DNA from: Lachnospiraceae bacterium
GTDB lineage: Bacteria; Bacillota; Clostridia; Lachnospirales; Lachnospiraceae
Reading direction: 5' to 3'
DNA: 64,000 nucleotides
Assembly: GCA_047602645.1 (NCBI GenBank)
Contig: JASGGU010000005.1
Span: forward strand, 1,533 to 65,532
This document shows positions 19,901 through 28,343 of this stretch, piece after piece; positions within the stretch are counted from its first letter, which is position 1; each line of letters begins with the position of its first letter. The notes under the pieces were generated by a model. That model did not search any database, was not told the origin of the DNA, and saw only the letters and a program-made list of their open reading frames with translations. Both the position numbers and the translations under genes were made by a program.

Positions 19901-20097
19901 TATTCCGACGCCAGACCGATGCGCGCGTGAATATGAAATCCTCCGAATCCCATTTCCTTAAACACAGCCATCTGATCGATTAATGTATCCTTATCCAATT
20001 TTCCATTCCATGCCCAAAACGGTGCTCCCCTATACTCCGGGCCGGGGTTATGAAATGCCGTATCACTAAACTTTTCCGACTGATATGTTATTTTCAT
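16960..20097 (-). CDS. Large putative glycoside hydrolase, family not assignable by eye
   Basis: The 1045-aa ORF starts ...PEYRGAPFWAWNGKLDKDTLIDQMAVFKEMGFGGFHIHARIGL. This resembles TIM-barrel glycosidases found next to YesMN systems, and the gene is embedded in a sugar ABC/TCS locus. Confidence 0.6.
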   Translation of the reverse strand: MKITYQSEKFSDTAFHNPGPEYRGAPFWAWNGKLDKDTLIDQMAVFKEMGFGGFHIHARIGLASEYLGKEFMEYVQECHRYAMDNNMIVYLYDEDKWPSGYGAGRVTTKREFRSRYLLFSPEAHEDGHYNRKVSSGCRLNINGDLTCIAYYHVTTKNGRLVEYSVEKEKNETVNWYCYLVVTDENAWFNNSAYVDTLNPSAIERFAKVSYEPYYDVLGSEFSKSIPSIFTDEPQFPKAEFMKSGDDPQEVGLPYTESMETEFIERYGKSFIDHLPEMFWDWEDIKSEAVLKYQYFNLLADRFAKSYAGTLGTWCEEHNIMLTGHLMEEGGLEKQMRSVGDVMRCYFYFQKIGIDILADFHEYSTAKQAQSVARQMSRPGLTSELYGVTNWNYDFGGHKMQGDWQCALGVTTRVPHLAWMYMNGESKRDYPAPIDAHSPWFMKYKIIEDYFARVNLAMTQGKPDVNVCIIHPIESMFMEYGAEDEHKSHKTELDQTFQKIIEGMLFGLIDFDFISEALLTELEQESDTPDFKVGKMSYKTVIVPPLITIRKTTLQKLHAFAKRGGNVIVMGKFPQYVDGAASNQAELQLEKYTHIDVACKRLLEYLNADREIDIIDEEGIRKTDLIYQLRSEGDERWLFVAHGKSIEKSSVSIAPSAKQREKCRVMIKGCYAVTLYDAMHDRIEEADYENTDEHTTIVYADIYDQDSLLLHLKENKNFQKSYNVRKQTTVNEVFGGYLNSETPYVLEEPNVSVLDMGEYRIEDGEWQEREELLKIDNIIRQKFGYPLRTDSFAQPWLTSKKGQDNDACETHKISLRFRIQCTKDIENVELASECMDADEFYLNGERLESPFNGYYVDTAIRKRKIGTLQKGENILLYQFNFTNDTNLEWLYLLGDFSVSISGSRQQLGASPEKIGFGDIATQGFPFYGGNIVYRMEEELPEGELSIKISEYEAPLLEVSIDGKKAKEIFMDPYQVQLGKVSAGRHAIHIRCYGNRINTFGQLHNCNAAEVYFGPKTWRTEGEEWCYEYRLHKNGILKAPTYSIQVN

Positions 20098-20115
20098 TTT
20101 TCTTTATCACCTTTC

Positions 20116-20952
20116 TCAGCCCTTGACGGCGCCGGATGTCATTCCCTCTAATATTTTCTTATTTAGCAATAAATAAATAAGAATCATCGGCAGCGAAGCC
20201 GTAACAATAGCGGCAAACAAATGACTGTAATCTGTATCAAAAGCAGACTGCAAGCCATAGACACACAGCTGAATCGTCTGGCTTCCCGATCCCGACATAT
20301 AATACTGAGGATTTTGGAAATCATTGTATACCACAATGGAACGTAAGATTACAACAGTTGCCGTAATCGGCTTTAATAACGGAAATATAATGTTATAAAA
20401 CAGTGAAAGTGAACTGCATCCATCAACAATAGCCGCTTCATCTATTTCTTTTGGAATTGTTGCAATAAACCCTTTATACATCATTGTGGCAAAGGGAAAA
20501 AGAGACGCAACCTCAACCATAATCAATCCGGGCAGGGTATTTGCCAGTCCAAGCTTACTCAGCATCCAATAGGTAGGAATAATAGATGCAGGTACAATCA
20601 GCCCTGCAACAATCAGCTTATCGGATGCCTTACAAATTTTATCCCTTCTGCGCTGCATAATAAAGGCTGTCATAGATGCCACTATAACCAAAATAAAGAT
20701 TGACCAAAAGGTGAGAGCCGCGCTGTTTTTAAATGCCTTCAGAAATGCTCCGTTACTATACTGAAAAATAAAACTATAATTTTCAAGTATATTCCATTCT
20801 TTCGGCAGGCTCAAATTCAATAGGGAAGCCTCTGATTTCACTTTAAATGAATTTATAATAATAAAATAAAATATAATCCAATGAGTAATCACCGTTGCTA
20901 ATACAAAACAAATTTCAAATATCTTTAAACCTGTACTTCTTTTTTTTATCAT
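20116..20952 (-). CDS. Carbohydrate ABC transporter permease (BPD_transp_1)
   Basis: The 278-aa ORF has 6 TM segments and an EAA-like loop (IDEAAIVDGCSSLSLFYNIIFPLLKP). Confidence 0.9.
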   Translation of the reverse strand: MIKKRSTGLKIFEICFVLATVITHWIIFYFIIINSFKVKSEASLLNLSLPKEWNILENYSFIFQYSNGAFLKAFKNSAALTFWSIFILVIVASMTAFIMQRRRDKICKASDKLIVAGLIVPASIIPTYWMLSKLGLANTLPGLIMVEVASLFPFATMMYKGFIATIPKEIDEAAIVDGCSSLSLFYNIIFPLLKPITATVVILRSIVVYNDFQNPQYYMSGSGSQTIQLCVYGLQSAFDTDYSHLFAAIVTASLPMILIYLLLNKKILEGMTSGAVKG

Positions 20953-21815
20953 TATAATTCAGCCTCCCTCTTGGAAACAAAAGAATTGAGCGGGAATACA
21001 ATTACGGATACAACAATAAACATAATGACATAGCCTGCGGTTGCCAATCCGTAGCTTCCACGGGCAAAAAGCTTATAAATAACTGATCCGAGTAATTCAG
21101 TTGAGTAGCCCGGTCCGCCTCCCGTCATTGTGTATACCAGCTCATAAGTACGAAGTCCGCCAATCAAAGAGAGCGTTACTACACTGTTGATTGTCGGCAC
21201 AAGAAGAGGCAGCGTAATCTTTCGGAATCTTTCTCCCGCAGTTGCCCCATCAATTGTAGCCGCCTCATAATATGACTCGGGAATTGAACTGATACCGGCT
21301 ATGTAAATCAGCATTGCCGTTCCGATTCCCATCCACACATCGACAACGATGCAAGTCACCAAGGCAGTTGAGGACTCTGTTAAGAAACGAATACCCGTTC
21401 CGCCTAAAAGTTCAATTACCTGATTCAGTATTCCATCGGATTCCAAAACTTTTTTAAAAGCAATTGCAACAACGACATTTCCCAACAATGTCGGAAAAAA
21501 CAAAATCGTTTTCAAATATTCCGCACTTTTGACTTTCGAGCATAAATATTGTGCAAATAACAAGCCGATTACTACTTTTAGCGAAGACGTTGAAAAAGCA
21601 TAAATCGCCGTATTAACTAAAGCTGCTTTTGTATTTGCCATAGTAAAAAATGCGAAAAAGTTTTCTAAACCAATAAATGTAGATTGCTTCAAATTCCACG
21701 TCGTCATAGAAAAATAGAACGAAGCAAACGTCGGAATTACAAATATTAACGTATAGATAAGGACTCCCGGTACCGCCAGCCATCCCGTATATATTTTTTT
21801 ATCCATCTTATTCAT
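20952..21815 (-). CDS. Carbohydrate ABC transporter permease (BPD_transp_1)
   Basis: The 287-aa ORF has an EAA loop (YYEAATIDGATAGERFRKITLPLL). Its stop overlaps the start of the next permease gene by 1 nt. Confidence 0.9.
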   Translation of the reverse strand: MNKMDKKIYTGWLAVPGVLIYTLIFVIPTFASFYFSMTTWNLKQSTFIGLENFFAFFTMANTKAALVNTAIYAFSTSSLKVVIGLLFAQYLCSKVKSAEYLKTILFFPTLLGNVVVAIAFKKVLESDGILNQVIELLGGTGIRFLTESSTALVTCIVVDVWMGIGTAMLIYIAGISSIPESYYEAATIDGATAGERFRKITLPLLVPTINSVVTLSLIGGLRTYELVYTMTGGGPGYSTELLGSVIYKLFARGSYGLATAGYVIMFIVVSVIVFPLNSFVSKREAEL

Positions 21816-21863
21816 GCTGATTTCTCCTTAATCGTACTGATTGCTTCAAATTTTATAATCATA

Positions 21864-21923
21864 TTTAAAAAGGGGAGAAAGAATACGAATACTATGAAAT
21901 GCAGTATCATACCTTTCTCCCCT
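21864..21923 (-). terminator. Intra-operon hairpin (attenuator/terminator) after the binding-protein gene
   Basis: An 11-bp stem AGGGGAGAAAG (21871-21881) / CTTTCTCCCCT (21913-21923) encloses a partly self-pairing loop. On the minus strand it is followed by TTTTTAAA. Confidence 0.55.
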
Positions 21924-21950
21924 CGTGTATCTGGCAATCAACCAAACACT

Positions 21951-23348
21951 TTACCAGCCGGCAAGTTCTTTCTGCTGCGCATCAATTGCATTATCTGCTT
22001 CAATTTCAGCAATTGCTTCTTCCGGTGTATATTGACCGGTTCCTACCATACTGAGGATCGTTGCCATGTTGGCGCCCTTGATGCTGGAAAAATACTCCAT
22101 AACAGGTGAAGACGCCTGTTCATTCCATTCCTGTGCTTCCCTAACAGCTGAACTGACATTGTCAGGCAGTTCAATTCCATTTAACATAAATGCACCTGTC
22201 GGGGTTGTCTTTGTGCAGTATTCATCTATCGCTTCCTTTGATGTGAGATACTCCGCAAGTAATAAAGCGAGATCCGCATTCGGAGAATTTTTGCTGATGC
22301 ACCATGCTTCAGGCATCCAGCTTGCAACACCAAGCACTGAGGGATCTTCATCCGGGAGAGGGAAGAAACCCACATTCTCCACTGCCTCAGGGTTTACTGT
22401 TTCGACAGTTGACATAATATTCGTTCTGCAGAAAATATGTGCAGCCGATCCCTCTAATACCGCAAGGGCCGCATCCTCCCAGCTGATCTCGAGCGGATTA
22501 TCATTTTGATATTCATTCTCCCAAATGTCATACATTTTACTCAAGCCGCGCATGTATTCCGGAGAATCATGCAGTTCAAGTTCTTTATTGGTATACTGGG
22601 ATGCAAACTCGGGATTTGCCTGCTGGGCATAATAATACTGTGACAAAAATAATATCTGGCAGCCCGAAGCATTGCTATACTGCGACATTACAGGATCGAT
22701 TTCCGTTGATTCTTTAATCACCGCACAATTTGCCAGAAACTCTTCCCATGTTGCCGGAATAGAAAGGCCTAACTTTTCATAAACCTCTTTATTGTAAAAC
22801 ACACCTGCAACGTTGGACGGTTTGGAAGGAATTCCATAAACAGCACCGCTCTCCTGATCAGTCACAATATCAAGATAGGATCCATTTACTCTTTCTTTCA
22901 TCCAGTCCTCGTTTGAAAGATCATAGCAATTTTCCGCCGGGGACACCGCATCCAATTTGGCACCTACCGAATTCAGCCACATATCCGGAAGATTCCCTGT
23001 TGCAGCTCTTACCAGAATAACACTTTCCATTTCATCTGCATCACTTGATAAATGCTCTACTTCAATATTGCAGCCATACTTTTCTTCAAATGCAGCAAAC
23101 TGCGCATCAAATGAATCCGAGGTACTGTCTGTCACACTATGTGCAATATTTAATGTTACTCCTTCATATGATTTTGTACCCGCCGCATCCGCAGAATCCG
23201 TTGCTGCCGTCTCCTCGCCAGAAGCCTCTGCCGCCTCTGCCGAAGCATCCTCACTGCTATCTGTTGCTTTTGCCTGTGTGTTTCCGCATGCGCAAAGAGA
23301 AACGGTCATTGCTGCTGCTAATAATAATGATAAAGCTTTCTTTTTCAT
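21951..23348 (-). CDS. Extracellular solute-binding lipoprotein (sugar ABC, family 1)
   Basis: The protein starts MKKKALSLLLAAAMTVSLCACG (lipobox). The ATG at 23348 has an AGGAGGG RBS 5 nt upstream, so I prefer it to the longer ORF-track start at 23369. Confidence 0.9.
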   Translation of the reverse strand: MKKKALSLLLAAAMTVSLCACGNTQAKATDSSEDASAEAAEASGEETAATDSADAAGTKSYEGVTLNIAHSVTDSTSDSFDAQFAAFEEKYGCNIEVEHLSSDADEMESVILVRAATGNLPDMWLNSVGAKLDAVSPAENCYDLSNEDWMKERVNGSYLDIVTDQESGAVYGIPSKPSNVAGVFYNKEVYEKLGLSIPATWEEFLANCAVIKESTEIDPVMSQYSNASGCQILFLSQYYYAQQANPEFASQYTNKELELHDSPEYMRGLSKMYDIWENEYQNDNPLEISWEDAALAVLEGSAAHIFCRTNIMSTVETVNPEAVENVGFFPLPDEDPSVLGVASWMPEAWCISKNSPNADLALLLAEYLTSKEAIDEYCTKTTPTGAFMLNGIELPDNVSSAVREAQEWNEQASSPVMEYFSSIKGANMATILSMVGTGQYTPEEAIAEIEADNAIDAQQKELAGW

Positions 23349-23485
23349 ATACCCTCCTTGTTTTTTCATTTTCTCAAAAACTCTTTACACTGTTCATTAT
23401 AACGAAATCAAAAATCTATCACATGGCTTATCAGAAATGGAGACATTTAAAAAAAGAAATCTGTATCATCTTTTTAAGCTGCTCG

Positions 23486-25231
23486 CTATACTTCTAAATA
23501 TGCTCCCTTCATGGGGCTTGCTGCTTTTTCAGCAAACAGTGCCAACACACCATGCTTATATTGGCTTTCTTTTCTTCGCCACCTTCTTTTTCTCTCTATT
23601 AAAATTTCATCCATTTCTTCTTTGCTTTTCCGCATGCCTTGTATACCGATTATTGAAAGAATCCTCTCAGGGATATTCATGTAAATCAGGTCACCATCTT
23701 CCACAAGTGCAATGGGGCCGCCGCTTGCTGCCTCAGGTGAACAATGACCAATCACCGGCCCTGTCGACGCACCCGAAAACCGCCCATCCGTAATTAAGGC
23801 AATACTCTTGCCCAATTCCTTATCCGAGCTTATGGCCTCGGAAGTATAGAACATTTCCGGCATCCCACTGCCCTTTGGTCCTTCATAACGGATAAAAACA
23901 GCGTCTCCGGGCCTTACGTGATGATGCAAAACTGCATTCAGACAGTCTTCTTCACTGTCAAATACTCTGGCGGAAAGTGTAGCAATATGCATCTCCTTTG
24001 GACATGCCGTATGCTTAATGACCGCCCCTTCAGGTGCCAAATTTCCTTTTAGTACTGCGATACTTCCGTCTTCACCCAATGGCCTGTCAAATGAACAGAT
24101 AATATCTTCCTTTGTAATGGAACTGCGATATTTCCTGTTTGCCTGTGCTAATCCTTCTTCGCATCGTTCAAAATATCTATTTTTTTCTAAAATACTCAGA
24201 TTTTCTCCGAGAGTTTTTCCGGTGACCGTCATGACATCCATATGAAGCGTTTCCCGAATCTGCTTCATTATTGCCGGTACCCCACCCGCATAATAAAAGA
24301 ACTCTGCCGGCCATTTGCCGGTAGGCCTCAGATTAAGAATATAGTGTGCTCCGCGGTGCAATCTGTCGAAAGTATCTCCTGTTATTTCTATTCCATACTC
24401 ATGGGCGATTGCCGGAATATGCAGCAGACAATTGGTACTGCCGGATATTGAGGCATGAACCATAATGCTATTTTCAAAGCTTTTCATTGTCACAATATCT
24501 GATGGCCGCATTCCGTTTTTGGCAAGTTCCACGCTTTGCTTTCCGGTCTGATAAGCATATTCCAAAAGCACACTGCTTGTAGCAGGTACAAGAGCACTTC
24601 CGGGAAGCGCAAGGCCCAATGCCTCTGCCATAATCTGCATCGAGCTGGCCGTTCCGATAAAGCTGCATGCTCCGCAGCTTGGACAGGCATTTTCTTTCGC
24701 CCAGGTCAACTTATTTTTATCAATTTCGCCTCTCTCATACATTGCATTGTACATTCCGAGCTGTTCCAGTGTTAACATTTCCGGCCCCGCACACATTGTG
24801 CCACCCGGAAGTGCAATCGAAGGCATATTTATCCTGGCCATTCCCATCAAATTTGCAGGCATTCCCTTATCGCAACTGGCAATATAAACGCCGCCGTCAA
24901 ACGGCGTGGCATTCCCATGAATCTCAATCATATCCGCAATAATTTCCCGGCTTACCAAACTATAATTGATACCGTCTGTTCCCTGACTTTCTCCGTCACA
25001 GATATCCGTACAAAAATACCTTGCTCCGTATCCTCCCGCATCAGCTATACCACGTTTTGCACATTCCACCAGCTGATTCAAATGGGCACTTCCGGGATGG
25101 GAATCACCAAAAGTACTTTCAATCATAATCTGCACCTTTTCCAGGTCCTCCTTTTTCCATCCGGCACCCAGGCGCAGCGGGTCCATCTCCGGTGACTTTT
25201 CTCTCATAATCTGACTGATCAGCATATTCAT
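23486..25231 (-). CDS. IlvD/Edd-family dehydratase (probable sugar-acid dehydratase)
   Basis: The 581-aa ORF contains SCDKGMP, CPSCGACSF and TDGRFSGASTGPVIGHCSPEAA, motifs typical of the dihydroxy-acid/sugar-acid dehydratase family. Confidence 0.88.
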   Translation of the reverse strand: MNMLISQIMREKSPEMDPLRLGAGWKKEDLEKVQIMIESTFGDSHPGSAHLNQLVECAKRGIADAGGYGARYFCTDICDGESQGTDGINYSLVSREIIADMIEIHGNATPFDGGVYIASCDKGMPANLMGMARINMPSIALPGGTMCAGPEMLTLEQLGMYNAMYERGEIDKNKLTWAKENACPSCGACSFIGTASSMQIMAEALGLALPGSALVPATSSVLLEYAYQTGKQSVELAKNGMRPSDIVTMKSFENSIMVHASISGSTNCLLHIPAIAHEYGIEITGDTFDRLHRGAHYILNLRPTGKWPAEFFYYAGGVPAIMKQIRETLHMDVMTVTGKTLGENLSILEKNRYFERCEEGLAQANRKYRSSITKEDIICSFDRPLGEDGSIAVLKGNLAPEGAVIKHTACPKEMHIATLSARVFDSEEDCLNAVLHHHVRPGDAVFIRYEGPKGSGMPEMFYTSEAISSDKELGKSIALITDGRFSGASTGPVIGHCSPEAASGGPIALVEDGDLIYMNIPERILSIIGIQGMRKSKEEMDEILIERKRRWRRKESQYKHGVLALFAEKAASPMKGAYLEV

Positions 25232-25414
25232 CCTCCATTCCCAGAAATAAAAATAGTTAGTATAAAATTATATCTATCAAATTTCTTTTTACATGGTAAA
25301 TCAGAAACAAGCAGATGTAAATAGATTATACAGCTCGAGTACCGTTCTATTAGATAGGGAATTCATCGTAATTCTCAATAGAACAAAAGTGTGCTTCGCC
25401 CGCGCGCAGCTGCG

Positions 25415-25455
25415 CATAAAAAATACTGGATATACCCTAAAGCAGTATATCCAGT
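25415..25455 (-). terminator. Rho-independent terminator of the ECF-1 operon
   Basis: The stem is ACTGGATATA (25425-25434) / TATATCCAGT (25446-25455) with an 11-nt loop. A T-run follows on the minus strand (A-run 25417-25423 on plus). It lies about 40 nt past the ATPase stop. Confidence 0.7.
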
Positions 25456-25496
25456 TTCTTCTCTAATTCTTCTTACTGACAATATGTCAGAAAGAC

Positions 25497-26936
25497 TTAT
25501 TTGCTTTCTGCTGACAGCGACTTATGATAAACAACTTTCCCTTTATCCATAAAGAGGATACTGTCAGCCACCTCGTTTACAAGTTCAAGATCATGGGTAA
25601 TAAGAATAATACTTTTACCGTCTCCGGCAATCTTCTTCAGCAGATCGGCAGTAATCCGCATGCTTGCACCATCCAGCCCGCTGGTCGGCTCATCGAGCAC
25701 AAGAATATCTTTTCCGCTGGCAACCGCCAGTGCCAATAAAAGCCTCTGCTTTTGTCCTCCCGACAGGGAAAGCGGATGACGTTCCAAAAGTCCATCCAGG
25801 CCAACATCGTGTAAGTAACTTGTGATTTCTTCCATCGAAATATCTTTCTCTCGCTTCCCAACACGAAATTCATCCACAACTGCAGAAGTATAAAGCTGAT
25901 AGTCCGTATCCTGCTGCGCAAAAAAAGTGCCTTGGATACGCTGCTTTCTTTTGGATACTTTGCCATTCATACAGATCTGTCCCACCTGCTGGCGGTACAG
26001 TCCGGTAAGCACACGGCAAAAACTGGATTTACCCGCACCGTTTCCACCCATGACAGCAACTATTTGTCCTCTGTCCGCACACAGTCCTGCTTCGTCCAGA
26101 ACCTTCTGCCCGTCAAATGAGAGGGATACCTGCTGCGCCCGCAAACAAGCGGAACCGTCATCCTTGACGCGGCTTCCCGGCGTAATAGCAGGTTCCCTAA
26201 ACAGGCGAAGTCCCAAAGATTTTATTGTTTCCGTATCAAGGCGCAATGCTTCTTCTCGCGTGTATTCGGCTATGATACACCCATCATCCATGACGATCAT
26301 CCGGTCAAACGAGTCTTTCACATAGTGAAGACGGTGTTCAGACAGAATAATCGTCGTTCCCGCCTCCTTCAGACGGAATAAGAGCGTTGACAACCGGGTA
26401 ATCGCATCGTTGTCCAAATTTGCAGTAGGTTCATCAAGCACCAGTACTCTGGGCTGTATGGCACAGGCGGATGCGATGGCAATGCGCTGCTTTTCTCCGC
26501 TGGATAGCGGAAAAATAGGTCGTTCCAATAAACTCTCTACTCCGATTTGAGATACGGTTTCCTTAAGTAACTCCTGCATAGTATTTCGTGGAATTGCCGC
26601 ATTTTCCATACCCAGCACGATCTCATCCGTGGTATTGGCAGCAAAGAACTGGCTGCGCGGATCCTGAAACACACTTCCGATGACGGTTCCAAGTTCGCTG
26701 ACAGGCATGTTTAAGGCGTCCCGGTTATCCAAAAGATACTCTCCGGTAAGTGTCCCCGGATAAAATTGCGGGCAAAGTCCATTGAGTACGCGCGTCAGAG
26801 TGGTTTTCCCACAGCCGCTTTTCCCCGTGAGCAAAATCAATTCTCCGGGTTCTATGCTCAATGAAATCTCTTTCAGCTGCGGCTCTTGATTGCTCTGTTC
26901 CCCATATTGAAATGATAGATTTGTAAGTTTGATCAT
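25497..26936 (-). CDS. ECF transporter fused double ATPase (EcfA-EcfA')
   Basis: There are two ABC cassettes (GKSGCGKTT ... LSSGEKQR ; GGNGAGKSS ... LSGGQKQR). The ATG at 26936 (MIKLTNLSFQYG) overlaps the EcfT stop as ATGA. The longer ORF-track N-terminus lies inside the upstream gene. Confidence 0.9.
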   Translation of the reverse strand: MIKLTNLSFQYGEQSNQEPQLKEISLSIEPGELILLTGKSGCGKTTLTRVLNGLCPQFYPGTLTGEYLLDNRDALNMPVSELGTVIGSVFQDPRSQFFAANTTDEIVLGMENAAIPRNTMQELLKETVSQIGVESLLERPIFPLSSGEKQRIAIASACAIQPRVLVLDEPTANLDNDAITRLSTLLFRLKEAGTTIILSEHRLHYVKDSFDRMIVMDDGCIIAEYTREEALRLDTETIKSLGLRLFREPAITPGSRVKDDGSACLRAQQVSLSFDGQKVLDEAGLCADRGQIVAVMGGNGAGKSSFCRVLTGLYRQQVGQICMNGKVSKRKQRIQGTFFAQQDTDYQLYTSAVVDEFRVGKREKDISMEEITSYLHDVGLDGLLERHPLSLSGGQKQRLLLALAVASGKDILVLDEPTSGLDGASMRITADLLKKIAGDGKSIILITHDLELVNEVADSILFMDKGKVVYHKSLSAESK

Positions 26937-27670
26937 GTCAGCACCCCAAGCATATAACGGTCGGATAGAAAAATCAGCACATAAAGGGCTAGCGTTCCGC
27001 CAAACAAAGCCATATCCTTTCCACAAATATGAACGGGACGATAGCTTATAATCTGATTGTTAAAGCGCACACCCCTCACTGTTACAGACGCAGACAATTC
27101 CTCTGAAATTCGAACAATACGGACAATCAGAGGCAGCAGGATGTATTCCAGAACCTTTGGTAAATGGAAAAGGGTATTCCAAAAACCAATGCCAACGCCT
27201 CTGAAACGCTGTGCATTACGAATCTGCCGGTATTCCTGAGCAACCGTAGGGAAAAAACGAAGCCCAATTGCAACGCCAATACTTACTGTCTTCGGAATCT
27301 TCATGGCATTCAAAGCACCCATAAATGAGCCGGTTGGGGTTCGTGCAAGCAGAATCGCAAACATGAGCGGTATCAGAGCTTTACGCCCCGATACTCCAAA
27401 TGACGCAAGCGTGACCGCTGTTGTATTTCCGGCATTTCCGGAAACCCACCAGATTGCTGCGTGGGCGATCCCGAACAGAAACAGATAAGTAAAAATATAT
27501 CCGAAAAATCCCTTACCCTTAGCTGCGATGAGCTGCCAAAGCAAAGAAACAGCAAACATCACTGCCATGCCATATTCCGTATGTATATAAATTGTTGCGA
27601 TACTTCCGGTTAATATGAGCGCCAGATAAACTCGCGGATCAATCTGAACCTCCCGCTTTGCTGCACTCAT
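26933..27670 (-). CDS. ECF transporter transmembrane (T) component, CbiQ/EcfT family
   Basis: The 245-aa ORF runs from MSAAKREVQIDPRVYL... and has the conserved ...EYRQIRNAQRFRG... region. Its ATG overlaps the S-component stop (ATGA at 27667-27670). Confidence 0.85.
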   Translation of the reverse strand: MSAAKREVQIDPRVYLALILTGSIATIYIHTEYGMAVMFAVSLLWQLIAAKGKGFFGYIFTYLFLFGIAHAAIWWVSGNAGNTTAVTLASFGVSGRKALIPLMFAILLARTPTGSFMGALNAMKIPKTVSIGVAIGLRFFPTVAQEYRQIRNAQRFRGVGIGFWNTLFHLPKVLEYILLPLIVRIVRISEELSASVTVRGVRFNNQIISYRPVHICGKDMALFGGTLALYVLIFLSDRYMLGVLT

Positions 27671-28278
27671 GCAATCCCCGCCGTTTTGAAATATTTCTTC
27701 AGAACTTTGATACCAATGAGATACCCAACTGTCGCCATGGCAAGACAGCAAACCGCGGCAATAAGAACATTGACAGGCGCAGTATAGACCGAAAAAATGG
27801 TATCCATTGTTGCAAGTGCCGTAGTTTCGTCCATACCAAGTCCCATATAGGTTTTCAAAAGCGAATCTCTCATCAGCAGATATACCAGTGTTCCTCCATA
27901 GGTATAAGTCAGCCAATTGAGAAACCAGGGAACAAGAGGGCGCCATTTTTTATCTCGGCCGCCAATCATAACAAGCTCGCTGAGTATGCCGGCAATGAAA
28001 AAAAACAGTGCCGTTGACAGTGTGCCAGAAATGATATAGTAAACAGTAAAGACAAATGGCAGAATACAATACGTGCCGATGCGCGGACTTTTTGCTGTCA
28101 TAAGCACATAGGCAATGCCGGTTATGACAGCGGGGATACCCGCACTGATAAAATAAAGCGCTTTCAGGTTTGTGCTGATGGGGACAACTGTGATCAAAGT
28201 AATAACAAGAATAAGACAGCTAAGCAGGACGCTTAAAACCAATTCCTTAAGGTCAATAAATTTACGTTCGGTATTCAT
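27667..28278 (-). CDS. Putative ECF S component, MptD / Trep_Strep (TIGR02185-like) type
   Basis: The 203-aa polytopic membrane protein ends ...LKKYFKTAGIA. The other two S-like proteins in the window share this tail (KKHFIKAGLV, RKHFEKAGLV). The gene is first in an S-T-AA triplet. Confidence 0.7.
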   Translation of the reverse strand: MNTERKFIDLKELVLSVLLSCLILVITLITVVPISTNLKALYFISAGIPAVITGIAYVLMTAKSPRIGTYCILPFVFTVYYIISGTLSTALFFFIAGILSELVMIGGRDKKWRPLVPWFLNWLTYTYGGTLVYLLMRDSLLKTYMGLGMDETTALATMDTIFSVYTAPVNVLIAAVCCLAMATVGYLIGIKVLKKYFKTAGIA

Positions 28279-28343
28279 AATTAATCTCCTTTTTTATGAG
28301 TGTTTTATAGAATACAGTCTTATTAGACTGGAATTCCAAAAGC

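Noticed and set aside
22957-23793. A 278-aa plus-strand ORF spanning the binding-protein start and the dehydratase end.
   Set aside because: It crosses an intergenic region and two well-supported minus-strand genes. Its sequence is Ser/Ala/Phe-rich antisense noise.
26937-27946. Long N-terminal extensions in ORF-track models. Affected genes are EcfT-1 and the ECF-1 and ECF-2 ATPases, EcfT-2, YesN-A, KdgK, the WYL regulator and the binding protein at 23369.
   Set aside because: The extensions overlap the upstream genes or lack family homology. Internal ATG codons with GGAGG-type RBSs or ATGA stop-start overlaps give the canonical N-termini.
28315-28330. The hairpin CAGTCT-TATT-AGACTG between the MFS and ECF S genes as a fourth copy of the conserved repeat or as a terminator.
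   Set aside because: Its sequence differs from GGTTAGAT-N4-CTAAC and no T-run follows it. It may be an RNA processing or stability element, but I cannot support a specific call.
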